This document shows positions 9,177 through 19,006 of a DNA stretch of 54,437 nt, piece by piece. The stretch's first letter is position 1. Each line of letters opens with the position of its first letter. The position numbers and the translations under genes are program-made. The stretch spans positions 1 through 54,437 of the forward strand of contig JBLRXB010000001.1 of assembly GCA_047920915.1 (NCBI GenBank). The letters run 5' to 3'. The notes under the pieces were generated by a model that worked only from the letters and a program-made list of their open reading frames with translations, was not told the DNA's origin and made no database searches. This stretch comes from Kiritimatiellia bacterium. Its GTDB lineage: Bacteria > Verrucomicrobiota > Kiritimatiellia > UBA8416.

Positions 9177-10055
9177 CTACATACCTAGAAATAGCACTGC
9201 ATAGGCATACAACACCGGTGCGCCGAACAGCAAACTATCCAACACATCCAGTACCCCCCCCATACCCGGTATCAAACGCCCCGAATCCTTCGCGGAAGCA
9301 TTCCGTTTAATCATCGATTCCGCCAAATCTCCAACCACCCCGGAAGCCGCCAATAGCAAGCCCATGATAACGGCATCCCACCAACGCACAGACAAGACCC
9401 CAAGCTGACCGTTACCTAGAACATAAAAAAGCATACTCACGCCCAGGGAAAGCACAACCCCGCCACCCAGACCTTCCCACGTCTTGTTGGGAGAGAGCCG
9501 GGGAATCATCTTGTGGCGCCCGATCAGCCGCCCTGTAAAGTAGGCACCGATATCCGAGGACTTCACAACCGCGATCAAATAGATAATCAACATCTGACCC
9601 GTTCGTTGTACCGAATCCCAACGTGTACCCGCATGCCACGCAAATGCCAGACGCGTCAGGTAATTCAACAATCCGGCCCCATAAAGAATACCAAGCATCG
9701 TCACCGCTACCACCGCCACCGGTTGATGATGCGTTTTCTGAAATGCCTGCCAGATCAGCAAAAACAACAAAGTGCCCGCCAACACAATCTGCTCAGCCTG
9801 ATAACCGCGTGCCAACTGCTCAGGCGCAGGCCCAATTGTCCAGAATGTCGCAGAAATGAGCAATGCCCCTCCGCACATTCCCAGGATCTTGAAGGCGGGG
9901 ATACCCATGGCGCGTGTCATGTCATAAAACTCATACTGCGCCAGCAACCCCAGTGCCAGAATCAACAACCAGCCTGCGGGGCTCGGCAGATAGGTCGCCG
10001 AAAGCACGGCGGCCAATCCCAGTAAAACACCACTCACTAAACGTTGTTTCAACAT
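9177..10055 (-). CDS. cdsA: phosphatidate cytidylyltransferase
   Basis: Polytopic membrane protein with the SDIGAYFTGRLIGRHKM...SPNKTWEG signature. Start moved to ATG 10055 (MLKQRL), preceded by AGGAGA. Confidence 0.85.
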   Translation of the reverse strand: MLKQRLVSGVLLGLAAVLSATYLPSPAGWLLILALGLLAQYEFYDMTRAMGIPAFKILGMCGGALLISATFWTIGPAPEQLARGYQAEQIVLAGTLLFLLIWQAFQKTHHQPVAVVAVTMLGILYGAGLLNYLTRLAFAWHAGTRWDSVQRTGQMLIIYLIAVVKSSDIGAYFTGRLIGRHKMIPRLSPNKTWEGLGGGVVLSLGVSMLFYVLGNGQLGVLSVRWWDAVIMGLLLAASGVVGDLAESMIKRNASAKDSGRLIPGMGGVLDVLDSLLFGAPVLYAYAVLFLGM

Positions 10056-10066
10056 ACCGTGCTCTC

Positions 10067-10807
10067 CTATTCCGGCGCATCCATTAGACCGCCAAAACGC
10101 CGATCCCGCTCCTTGTACGCAGCAATCGCCTTGGCAAACTCTTCCGCCCGGAAATCCGGCCATAAGACAGGACTAACATACAGCTCGGCATACGACAATT
10201 GCCACAACAGAAAGTTACTCAGCCGCATTTCCCCGCTGGTTCGAATCATCAAATCAGGATCCGGCAAATCCGGCAAATACAAATGCGCCGCCACCATGTC
10301 TTCATCCACGGCAGCAGGATCAAGCAAACCATCACGCACCTTCTCCGCAATCCGCCGGGCCGCGGCAGCAATCTCCGTGCGGCCTCCGTAACTCAACGCC
10401 AAAATCAACTGCCCGCCCTCATAATGCGCCGTCTTATCCATCACACGCTGCAATTTATTCCTGACAGGCCTGGGTAAATCCTCCAACCGCCCCATGATAC
10501 GCAAACGGATTTGCTGCTCATGCAGAAGATGCTCCTCGTTATCCATGAACCGACGCAGCAGTTGCATCAAACCCTGCACTTCCGTCTGCGGTCGCTTCCA
10601 GTTCTCTACGCTGAAGGCATACAAGGTCAAATAATGAACACCGTGATCCCGACAGGCCCGGACAACGGCCCGAACAGACTCTGCGCCAGCTTCATGCCCC
10701 TTGCTGCGCGGCAGACCACGCTCTCGTGCCCAACGACCATTGCCATCCATAATCACAGCAACGTGATTCGGCCCCGGCAACGCCTCCGTTGGTTGTTTTG
10801 GGAACAT
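10067..10807 (-). CDS. uppS: di-trans,poly-cis-undecaprenyl-diphosphate synthase
   Basis: HVAVIMDGNGRWA, YLTLYAFSVENWKRP and RTSGEMRLSNFLLWQ motifs. Start at ATG 10807 lies 6 nt after GAAGGAG. Confidence 0.9.
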   Translation of the reverse strand: MFPKQPTEALPGPNHVAVIMDGNGRWARERGLPRSKGHEAGAESVRAVVRACRDHGVHYLTLYAFSVENWKRPQTEVQGLMQLLRRFMDNEEHLLHEQQIRLRIMGRLEDLPRPVRNKLQRVMDKTAHYEGGQLILALSYGGRTEIAAAARRIAEKVRDGLLDPAAVDEDMVAAHLYLPDLPDPDLMIRTSGEMRLSNFLLWQLSYAELYVSPVLWPDFRAEEFAKAIAAYKERDRRFGGLMDAPE

Positions 10808-10818
10808 CTCCATCTCCT

Positions 10819-12096
10819 TCACAATCCGAGCCGCAAAGTGCTCTCCCGCTTCGGACCGACCGATAAAATACCCAGCGGAACACCCGTCAAAGCACATAGA
10901 TATTCCACATACGCCCGGGCACGCTCCGGCAAGGCAGCATATTCGGTAATGTGACTGGTCGGTTCACACCACCCCGGCATCTCTTCGTAGACGGGCTTGC
11001 ATTTTTCCAGAATCCGGAAACTTGCTGGCATTTCTCGCAAAAGCGCACCTTCATACTCGTAGGCCGTGCAAATGCGCAAAGTCTCAAAACCATCCAGAAC
11101 ATCCAGTTTCGTCATCGCCCAGAAATCCACACCATTGATCCGGGCACTGTAACGACCCACCACGGCGTCAAACCAACCACAGCGACGCGGACGCCCCGTC
11201 GTGGCGCCATACTCACCCCCCACATCCCGCATACGCTGCCCGTCCGCATCAAATAACTCAGTCGGAAATGGCCCCTCTCCCACGCGTGTCGTGTAGGTCT
11301 TGATCACCCCCACAACACGGTCAATCCGGTGCGGCGGAACCCCCGAACCCGTGCACGCACCACCAGCCGTGGCATTCGAACTCGTCACAAAGGGATACGT
11401 ACCAAAATCAATGTCCAGCATTGTGCCCTGCGCCCCCTCAAATAACACCGACTGCCCCTGCTTGATGGCATCATTCAAATACGTAACCGTGTCCTTGATG
11501 TAAGGACGCATCCGCTCCGCAATCGCCAGCGAATCACGCAAAAGCCCCTCTTCCGGCAATGCCTCTCCACCCATCGCCGTCAGCATCTTATTGGCCTCAT
11601 ATAACCGCGATTTCAACAGTTCCGGAAAATCGGGTGCCAGCAAATCACCCGCCCGCAACCCCGTCCGTGTAACTTTGTCGCTGTAGCATGGACCGATCCC
11701 CCGACCCGTTGTACCAATTTTACTCCCCTCGGCCAGCGACGCCTCGCGGGCCGCATCAATCGCACGATGATACGGAAACACGATGTGCGCGCGATCACTC
11801 ACAAAAAGCCGCCCCTGCACGTTCTTACCCGCCGTCTCCACCTCGGCAACCTCATCCAACAGGGCCCCCGGATTCACGACCAGACCATTGCCAATCACAC
11901 AAACCTGATCATCACGTAAAATGCCCGAAGGAATCAAATGCAGCACATAATGCTCATCACCGATCTTTACCGTGTGTCCAGCGTTGTTGCCACCTTGATA
12001 GCGCACAACAATATCCACCTGACCCGCCAGCACATCGATAATCTTACCCTTACCTTCATCGCCCCACTGCGCACCAATCAATACGGTATTTGGCAT
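10819..12096 (-). CDS. purA: adenylosuccinate synthase
   Basis: GAQWGDEGKGK P-loop, GNNAGHT, TTGRGIGP. Full-length at 425 aa. Confidence 0.95.
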   Translation of the reverse strand: MPNTVLIGAQWGDEGKGKIIDVLAGQVDIVVRYQGGNNAGHTVKIGDEHYVLHLIPSGILRDDQVCVIGNGLVVNPGALLDEVAEVETAGKNVQGRLFVSDRAHIVFPYHRAIDAAREASLAEGSKIGTTGRGIGPCYSDKVTRTGLRAGDLLAPDFPELLKSRLYEANKMLTAMGGEALPEEGLLRDSLAIAERMRPYIKDTVTYLNDAIKQGQSVLFEGAQGTMLDIDFGTYPFVTSSNATAGGACTGSGVPPHRIDRVVGVIKTYTTRVGEGPFPTELFDADGQRMRDVGGEYGATTGRPRRCGWFDAVVGRYSARINGVDFWAMTKLDVLDGFETLRICTAYEYEGALLREMPASFRILEKCKPVYEEMPGWCEPTSHITEYAALPERARAYVEYLCALTGVPLGILSVGPKRESTLRLGL

Positions 12097-12184
12097 CCCA
12101 CACCTACTCTCTGCTAACTTATAACCTTGTCATGAAAACAATCGTTTTCAAATCTGATTCACACCATCTTGCCCCTTGCAATCC

Positions 12185-14365
12185 TCACGTTGCATCCAGC
12201 CAGGCTTTTTCAGCATCCCCTAATGCCTCGACCGAAAGAATCCGGCACGGTTCGTCACTCGTCTCGCCCGGCAACCGCACCGTGTCCCCCGCCACATGCC
12301 CCTCCAAAACCTGCGCCAGCCGACTCAAACTGGAAATAATACCCAACCCCGCATCACGATCCCACTCTCCCAGAACACAGTACCGTTCCGTCCGCTCATC
12401 CGGCCGCGCAATCGTTACCACCGTCCCCATACCAACCGAATCGGTCACAAACCCCGCAAAGTCAGTCCCTTGCACAACCTCAAGATCGCGTTCCATCTCA
12501 TCCCGACGCAAATACAGAATTCGCTGATGCTCCTTGGCATACTTGTATTCCGCATTCTCACGCAAATCCCCGTAACTGCGCGCCACCGCAATCTCACGCG
12601 CATTCTCCGGAATCTCATCCTCCATCAGCTTGCGGAATTGCGCCTGCCGCTCGCGGTAACTCCGCCAGGATGTCATGCGCTTGCGAACGGCCGCTTGAGG
12701 CTTGTCCGAATCCCGTTTCATAACCTCGGCCAATTCGGGATGTGCCTTCACGACAATCGCAACTACAGCACGACGACCAGACTCTTCCCATCCCGATGCC
12801 TGCAACAACTTCAACAAAAACACTTCGCGTTGCTCAGACCGCAAAAAGCCCATTTCCTCTTCCAGCCACTTGGCATCCTCGAAAAGAGCCCGCACCAGAT
12901 GTTGCGCACGCAGCATGTCACCGGCAGCTGGCCGCGCCAGCACATCCAACCCCTGCCACAACAACTCCGTCCCATCCAGATCCCGCCGCCACTGACTATC
13001 CCGCGGCTCTTTCAGCAACCAGTATACCAGGGCCGGCCCCGCCGACTTGGCCGCCAGACGACTCGCAATTACATCACATACCACTTTGGCATTACCCGAG
13101 GCCGCCAACCGATCCGCAACTTCCGGCAAAACGCCGACCGGTAACTCGCGCAAGATATCCGGCAAATGCAACAGCAGCAAATCCAGATGCAACGCAAATA
13201 CCCGATCCAGAAACGCACCCAGCATCCGGGCGGGCAACTGTGCCAGCACAGCCCGCAAAGGCACCGGTTTTGATAAGTGGCGGTATACCTCTTCCGGCTT
13301 CACAGGCCGCGAGGCATGCTCCGCCCAACCCCTACAAAGATCCAAACGCTCGGCCGTCAAAATCGCCCGCGCCATCAAGACCGGCTCCTTCTCCCCCGTA
13401 CCCCAAACCGCGAAAGCCAGACGATCCCCAACAATCTGCAAATGGCTCTCCTTGGCTTCCGATAACAATTTCGCCGCCTCCAGCTCATCAAGCTTCTTCA
13501 GAATCTCTGCCGGTACGCGCATGCCTCCCAGAAGATCAAATTGCGCATCCAGATGACCAGCGGCAGACGCCAGCAACTGGATCGGCTCCGTACGCTTCGG
13601 CGGTAAAAACACATGCGGATCGGACTTGAGCTGCTTCCGGGCCAGCCCCCAGAAATCCTTCCACTGCTTCTCATCCAGCACGGTACCAACCAAGCGCGCC
13701 TGCAATTCATCTCCCGTCAAAGGCCCAAAGCTCGACAACGCCAATCGAACCACGGCCGCAGGATCTGCGTCCGCAAGAGCGAGTAACCCATCACGATCCT
13801 CATGCAAACGCACGAGAATGTGATCTACCGGCAATATCTCCACTTTCTCCGCCGCATAAGAAAGAGCCATCTCATGACCACGCTTCGAATCAAAATCAAT
13901 CGTCACCCGACCGTAAAAATCGTCCACGCGCTGCACGACACCGAAGCCCCACGTCTTCTCCCGACACAAGGTGCCTTTGTGCAGCAAGGCCAGCACCTGT
14001 AACCGACGAATTGCCTCTGCGGCAGGCTGATTCTCAAATCCCGCGTTCTTTATCAACGCCTTTTCCAAACGCGTCGTGAAAACCTGTTCCACGGCAGATT
14101 TGCAGGCCGGCGTAAAATCCTGTGAATCTGGACGCCAATTGCAGCGCAACGCCAGCAAACGCAACAACCCGTCACGATCGCTCCCTTGTATCAGGCTCTC
14201 CTGCAACAACTCAGCCCAACCATCCACGCGCCGATCAAAACCCGCGGAACCATGATGGGTTAATGCATCAAAAATATCATCCAGCGGCAAGGGCTTCTGA
14301 TCCAACACCTCCAGAAGCCAGTTCTCCGTTTCATCACGACTCCGCCGCGCAGCAGCATCAATCAT
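12185..14365 (-). CDS. greA: N-terminally extended GreA/GreB-family transcript cleavage factor (726 aa)
   Basis: The C-terminal 160 aa or so align to GreA: ARSYGDLRENAEYKYAKEHQ (coiled-coil tip with conserved D and E), GTVVTI...RYCVLGEWD, IISSLSRLAQVLEGHVAGDTV. The N-terminal 560 aa or so have no family I can name. AGGGGGG before the ATG. Confidence 0.7.
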   Translation of the reverse strand: MIDAAARRSRDETENWLLEVLDQKPLPLDDIFDALTHHGSAGFDRRVDGWAELLQESLIQGSDRDGLLRLLALRCNWRPDSQDFTPACKSAVEQVFTTRLEKALIKNAGFENQPAAEAIRRLQVLALLHKGTLCREKTWGFGVVQRVDDFYGRVTIDFDSKRGHEMALSYAAEKVEILPVDHILVRLHEDRDGLLALADADPAAVVRLALSSFGPLTGDELQARLVGTVLDEKQWKDFWGLARKQLKSDPHVFLPPKRTEPIQLLASAAGHLDAQFDLLGGMRVPAEILKKLDELEAAKLLSEAKESHLQIVGDRLAFAVWGTGEKEPVLMARAILTAERLDLCRGWAEHASRPVKPEEVYRHLSKPVPLRAVLAQLPARMLGAFLDRVFALHLDLLLLHLPDILRELPVGVLPEVADRLAASGNAKVVCDVIASRLAAKSAGPALVYWLLKEPRDSQWRRDLDGTELLWQGLDVLARPAAGDMLRAQHLVRALFEDAKWLEEEMGFLRSEQREVFLLKLLQASGWEESGRRAVVAIVVKAHPELAEVMKRDSDKPQAAVRKRMTSWRSYRERQAQFRKLMEDEIPENAREIAVARSYGDLRENAEYKYAKEHQRILYLRRDEMERDLEVVQGTDFAGFVTDSVGMGTVVTIARPDERTERYCVLGEWDRDAGLGIISSLSRLAQVLEGHVAGDTVRLPGETSDEPCRILSVEALGDAEKAWLDAT

Positions 14366-14572
14366 TGCACCCCCCTAATCTTTACATATCCCCAAAAAGC
14401 GTCACCCGTAATCGAATGTCCTTGATTATCCCGAAAACACAAACTTGACAACACATCGCCAAGAACCGCTCGCATTTCAGCTTTCCGGAACTCTCCCTAC
14501 CCATTCCCGCTTGACTTCAACCCAACATCCTTAGCACATTCCCCTAGCAGCGAAAAGAACAGAAAGATTATC

Positions 14573-15418
14573 ATGCAAACAAAAGAATATCGCGTCTCAC
14601 GCACCCACCAAGGCCAAACCCTCCAACAATTTGTAGCCGGGCAGCTCAAACGCTCCCGCAATGCGGCCAAAAACCTCATGGATCGACGCAATGTATTCGT
14701 CAATGGCAAACGGGTCTGGATGGCAAATCACAACCTCCAGACTGGGGATATTGTGTCCGTCATCATCGAGGACCCGACACAAGCCGCCCGCAAGAAACGG
14801 ACCAATTCCATACCCATTCTATGGAAAGATGAGCATTATCTGATCGTCAACAAACCCGCCAACCTGCTGAGTACCGGCAATGGAAGTCTGGAACAAAAAA
14901 TACAGGAACAACTGGAAGATCCCGAATTGCTGGCAGTGCACCGTCTCGACCGCGACACAACCGGATGCCTGATCGTGGCCCGCAATCAAGCCTCTTTTGA
15001 TAAGATTTTACCGGCTTTCCGCAATCGCAACATCAGTAAGACCTACCACGCCATCGTGCATGGCTATATGAAAAAAGGCGAACATCGCATATCAAAACCG
15101 CTCGCGGGGCAAACCGCCGTCTCTCATGTACGCGTTCTCGACGCTGCCGACGATGCCGCACACGTCTCGGTGAAAATTGAAACCGGACGAACCCACCAGA
15201 TCCGCATTCATCTGGCATCCTTCAAGCATCCCGTGATGGGCGATCCCAAATATGCCGGTGATATCGAGAAAAAAGCAGGTGTCCTACCTATCCCAAGACA
15301 AATGCTCCATGCCCGCATGCTCGTATTCACCCACCCGGTTACCGGAAACATCGTACGATCAGAAGCACCACTGCCAGCAGATTTCAAGGCTTGCCTGAAA
15401 AGCTTCAAACTAACCTGA
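14573..15418 (+). CDS. RluA-family 23S rRNA pseudouridine synthase with N-terminal S4 domain
   Basis: HRLDRDTTGCLIVARN catalytic-Asp motif, GRTHQIRIH, and an S4-like N-terminus (GQTLQQFVAG...VFVNGKRV). Confidence 0.85.
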   Translation: MQTKEYRVSRTHQGQTLQQFVAGQLKRSRNAAKNLMDRRNVFVNGKRVWMANHNLQTGDIVSVIIEDPTQAARKKRTNSIPILWKDEHYLIVNKPANLLSTGNGSLEQKIQEQLEDPELLAVHRLDRDTTGCLIVARNQASFDKILPAFRNRNISKTYHAIVHGYMKKGEHRISKPLAGQTAVSHVRVLDAADDAAHVSVKIETGRTHQIRIHLASFKHPVMGDPKYAGDIEKKAGVLPIPRQMLHARMLVFTHPVTGNIVRSEAPLPADFKACLKSFKLT

Positions 15419-15554
15419 GACCACATTCCCTCACATTGGAATATCGATCCCACCAGACTTCGCCCGCTGGTGAAAAAGGGCAAGAAGACACTGCAAACCC
15501 CGCAACGCAACGCTTTTTCCACACCGAAGACAGGTCGGGGGCAGGCCAAGCACA

Positions 15555-15776
15555 TTACGTGCGATGACGGTAGCTGATGCGACCCTTCGTCAAATCGTAG
15601 GGGGAAATCTCCAGCGTAACCCGATCACCAGCCGTTATCCGGATAAAATGCTTCCGCATTTTGCCGCTGATATGCGCCAGAACCTCGTGACCATTCTCCA
15701 GCTTTACCCGATACATCGTAGCAGGCAAAACCTTCAGCACGGTCCCCTCAACCTCTATATGTTCATCCTTCGCCAT
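15555..15776 (-). CDS. infA: translation initiation factor IF-1
   Basis: [73 protein letters not shown] is canonical IF-1 (73 aa). The longer ORF upstream of ATG 15776 is discarded. Confidence 0.95.
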   Translation of the reverse strand: MAKDEHIEVEGTVLKVLPATMYRVKLENGHEVLAHISGKMRKHFIRITAGDRVTLEISPYDLTKGRISYRHRT

Positions 15777-15821
15777 AACCCTCCATAAAAGGACGCAAAC
15801 AATACCCTGCCTCACAACCAC

Positions 15822-15998
15822 ATGCAAGCAGGAATCAAAATGTTTTACTGCGAACACGGCTACTTGCGGCGCGAGCCGACGTAATATCAGGCGCGAAATG
15901 CCCCCGGCCACTGATATGTCACCGCCTTCACACTTCAAATACCGGCCTATCTTACCCGCAACAAACGACGCTGCAGGCCCTTACTTTCCTGCTTGCAT
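15822..15998. repeat. 13-bp perfect inverted repeat pair (ATGCAAGCAGGAA / TTCCTGCTTGCAT) flanking 151 bp in the infA upstream region
   Basis: Read directly from the sequence. The arms lie at 15822-15834 and 15986-15998. Confidence 0.5.
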
Positions 15999-16104
15999 TC
16001 CTGCAAAACAAAAGAGTATTTCTCATGTCGTATGCAATTTTGCCACCAGACCGCCCAGACAGGGCCGCCTCGTCAAAGAACAACAGAAAATCCCGGGAAT
16101 ATCT

Positions 16105-17916
16105 ATGCCGCCAGATGGACGATACACCATCAGAAGATTGCCACTGCAACAATCCGCAGTCCCTCCGGTCAAAACCAAACTGACGGATGACGGCACGCTA
16201 TTCATCGATTTCGGGCAAGCCGCTTTTGGCACACTTACCGTACCGACCCCAAATGCTGTGCGGCGCGACGCTCTCGTCGTACACCTGGGGGAACAAGTCA
16301 CGGCGGCAGGCCGCCTGGAACGTGCGCCCGCAGGAACCATTCGCCACATCCGGATCGAGCAAGAAATCGACCCCCATCTCGCCACCACACGAATCATGAT
16401 TCCGCCCGACAAACGCAACACGGGGCCAGCCGCCATTCGCATGCCACCGGAAATCGGCGAAGTGTTCCCCTTCCGATATGCCGAAATCGAAGATGGCGCA
16501 AACCTCGACATCAGCGCAATCCGACAGATCCGTGTACACTACCCATTTGACGATGCGGCCGCCTCATTCGATGCATCCGATCCAGTGCTCAACGCGATCT
16601 GGAACCTCTGTAAATACAGCATCAAAGCCACCACCTTCTGCGGTGTGTATGTCGACGGGGACCGCGAGCGCATCCCCTACGAGGGCGACGCATACATCAA
16701 CCAGTTGGGACATTACTGCGTCGATCAGGAATACACCCTCGCACGCTACACACACGAATACCTCATCCAGCACCCCACCTGGCCAACCGAATGGCAACTC
16801 CATTCCGTCATGATGGCCTGGACCGACTACATGTACACCGGAGAAACCACCTCGCTGCGCGAATTCTATGAAGACCTGCGTGTCAAAACGCTCATCGACC
16901 TGGCACGCGAAGATGGACTCATCAGCACCCAATCCGAACGGTGCACACCGGAATTCGAGAAACGCCTGCACCTGCAAGGCGCAAGCGACCCCGCCAAACC
17001 GATTCTCCGTGATCTCGTCGACTGGCCACCTGGCTCTTTTACCGCAGGCGGAACCGGTGAACGCGATAACCACGAGATGCGCCCCATCAACACGGTTGTC
17101 AATGCCTTCCATTGTCATGCACTCATGCGTATGTCCGACATCGCCAGGGCACTGAAAAAAAACGCTGATGCGAAACAGTTTGCGCAGCAGGCCACCCGCG
17201 TCAAAGCAGCAATCAACCAAATCCTTTTCGACCCAGCCCAAGGACGATACATCGACGGCGAAGGATCAAACCATGCATCCCTGCATAGCAACATGTTCAT
17301 GCTCGCCTTTGACTTGGTGCCAGACAACCGGAAAGCTGCCGTTCTGTCTTTTGTAAAATCCCGCGGCATGGCCTGCAGCGTCTATGGCGCACAATACCTC
17401 CTGGAAGCACTCTACCGCAACAACCAGGACCAGTTTGCGCTCGAACTGATGACCGCCCGAAATGATCGCAGCTGGTGGCATATACTGCAGATGGGTACCA
17501 CCATTACCCCCGAAGCCTGGGACCTGAAATACAAGAACAACCTCGACTGGAACCACGCCTGGGGAGCCGCACCGGCCAACATCATACCGCGATTCATTCT
17601 GGGCATCCGCCCGCTGGAACCGGGTTTTCGAAAAGTCCTGATCCAACCACACCCCGGAAAACTGGCCCACATCCAAGGCACCGTGCCCACAATTCAGGGG
17701 CCCATCGCAGTGTCGCTAATAACGCACAAGACCGGAAAACAAACGCTCGAAGTAAATATTCCGGAGAATGTCAGTGCCACAATTGCCTTGCCTCGCCTCC
17801 GACCAAACGATGCGACGATGATCATCAACAACACAACAGCCCAAGGCGTTTTCTCGAATGGACACCTATTCCTAGACAACATTGGCCCCGGAAGACATGT
17901 GCTTACCTCGCCGTGA
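16105..17916 (+). CDS. GH78-like alpha-L-rhamnosidase-family six-hairpin glycosidase (cytoplasmic)
   Basis: VDGDRERIPYEGDAY, WPTEWQLHS, NHAWGAAPANIIPRFILGIRPLEPGFRKVLIQPHPG..L..IQGTVPT resemble the rhamnosidase catalytic and C-terminal pattern. No signal peptide. Start set at ATG 16105 and is uncertain. Confidence 0.6.
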   Translation: MPPDGRYTIRRLPLQQSAVPPVKTKLTDDGTLFIDFGQAAFGTLTVPTPNAVRRDALVVHLGEQVTAAGRLERAPAGTIRHIRIEQEIDPHLATTRIMIPPDKRNTGPAAIRMPPEIGEVFPFRYAEIEDGANLDISAIRQIRVHYPFDDAAASFDASDPVLNAIWNLCKYSIKATTFCGVYVDGDRERIPYEGDAYINQLGHYCVDQEYTLARYTHEYLIQHPTWPTEWQLHSVMMAWTDYMYTGETTSLREFYEDLRVKTLIDLAREDGLISTQSERCTPEFEKRLHLQGASDPAKPILRDLVDWPPGSFTAGGTGERDNHEMRPINTVVNAFHCHALMRMSDIARALKKNADAKQFAQQATRVKAAINQILFDPAQGRYIDGEGSNHASLHSNMFMLAFDLVPDNRKAAVLSFVKSRGMACSVYGAQYLLEALYRNNQDQFALELMTARNDRSWWHILQMGTTITPEAWDLKYKNNLDWNHAWGAAPANIIPRFILGIRPLEPGFRKVLIQPHPGKLAHIQGTVPTIQGPIAVSLITHKTGKQTLEVNIPENVSATIALPRLRPNDATMIINNTTAQGVFSNGHLFLDNIGPGRHVLTSP

Positions 17917-18105
17917 AACGCGCGGATTTGCAATAACACCATCGGTCAGCAAGTAATATCCGGGTAATAACACCCTGGGCAAACAATCGCCCATCACAAA
18001 AAAGTACGTGTTTTTATGCGTCCGTTTACTGTATAGTTGCCATTCCGCCATGATTGGAAGCACATACGCAATCGAAACGGCGATGAAAGAAAGAGGTTCC
18101 GGACA

Positions 18106-19002
18106 ATGACGGCAGATTGGAAAGGGGTATTCCCCGCAGTTCCCACACAATTCCAGACAGACCTGCGTGTGGATATAAAGGGTACACAAGCACATATCAG
18201 TGCCCTGCTCGAAAATGGTGTCCATGGGTTGGTCATGCTTGGCACAATCGGCGAAAATTGCTCGCTATCACCAAAAGAAAAAGTTGCCGTTCTCAAGGCC
18301 ACACGTGAAGTCACACAAGGAAAGGTGCCGATCCTTTGCGGCGTGGCAGACTACACCACCGAGCAATCGTGCCGCACAGCACAAGCAGCCGCCGCGGCCG
18401 GTGCCGACGGCCTCATGGTCTTACCGGCCATGGTTTATTGCGCAGATGCACGCGAAACCGTCCAGCATTTCCGGACCATCGCCGCCGCCTCAGATCTCCC
18501 CATCATGTGCTATAACAATCCCCCCGTTTACCGCGTAGACCTCACCCCCGAAATGTTCCTGCAACTGATGGACGTTGAAAATATCGTATCGATCAAGGAA
18601 GCCTCTGGTGACACCCGGCGCATCACCGATCTTTTTAATGTGCTGGGAAATCGCTTTTCAATATTTTCCGGCCTGGACGACGTTGCTCTGGAAAGCATCT
18701 TACTCGGATGCCAGGGATGGATCTCCGGCCTCGTCGATGCCTTCCCGGCCGAAAACCGCATGCTATGGGAGGCCGCCACAAAAGGCGACTACCAAAAGGC
18801 ACTCGAAATATACCGCTGGTACATGCCGATGCTGCATTTCGACAGCCATCCCAAGCTCGTCCAATATGTCAAGCTAACCTGCCAGGAACTCGGCTTCGGA
18901 ACCGAACGCGTTCGCCCGCCGCGCTTGCCGCTGATCGGAACCGAACGCGAACAAATCCTGAAAACCGTTCGCGACTGCATCGCCACCCGGCCTGCCGCAT
19001 AA
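18106..19002 (+). CDS. dihydrodipicolinate synthase / N-acetylneuraminate lyase-family (class I aldolase-type) enzyme
   Basis: GVHGLVMLGTIGENCSLSPKEK, YNNP, and SIKEASGD (Schiff-base Lys context). Start at ATG 18106 follows AGAGG. Confidence 0.8.
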   Translation: MTADWKGVFPAVPTQFQTDLRVDIKGTQAHISALLENGVHGLVMLGTIGENCSLSPKEKVAVLKATREVTQGKVPILCGVADYTTEQSCRTAQAAAAAGADGLMVLPAMVYCADARETVQHFRTIAAASDLPIMCYNNPPVYRVDLTPEMFLQLMDVENIVSIKEASGDTRRITDLFNVLGNRFSIFSGLDDVALESILLGCQGWISGLVDAFPAENRMLWEAATKGDYQKALEIYRWYMPMLHFDSHPKLVQYVKLTCQELGFGTERVRPPRLPLIGTEREQILKTVRDCIATRPAA

Positions 19003-19006
19003 TGCC

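Noticed and set aside
12133-12150. Perfect 7-bp hairpin TGAAAAC-AATC-GTTTTCA between the Gre-like gene and purA, considered as a terminator
   Set aside because: The stem is AT-rich and no U-tract follows it on the minus (transcribed) strand. It may be a minor structural element, but it cannot be called a terminator or riboswitch.
12742-13629. 295-aa Pro/Ala/Thr-rich plus-strand ORF, with overlapping ORFs at 12296-13144 and 13047-13556
   Set aside because: All are antisense to the Gre-like gene. They are extremely low-complexity (PAPxP repeats) and have no start context.
15777-15938. N-terminal 54 codons of the 127-aa ORF containing infA, and the upstream 69 codons (15898-16104) of the GH78-like ORF
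   Set aside because: IF-1 has a canonical 73-aa form starting at MAKDEH. The extensions have no homology-like features and would place the two divergent genes implausibly close together.
17932-17974. 9-bp direct repeat AATAACACC (17932-17940 and 17966-17974) upstream of the DHDPS-like gene
   Set aside because: It is too short to be statistically meaningful in 54 kb, and no flanking symmetry is present.
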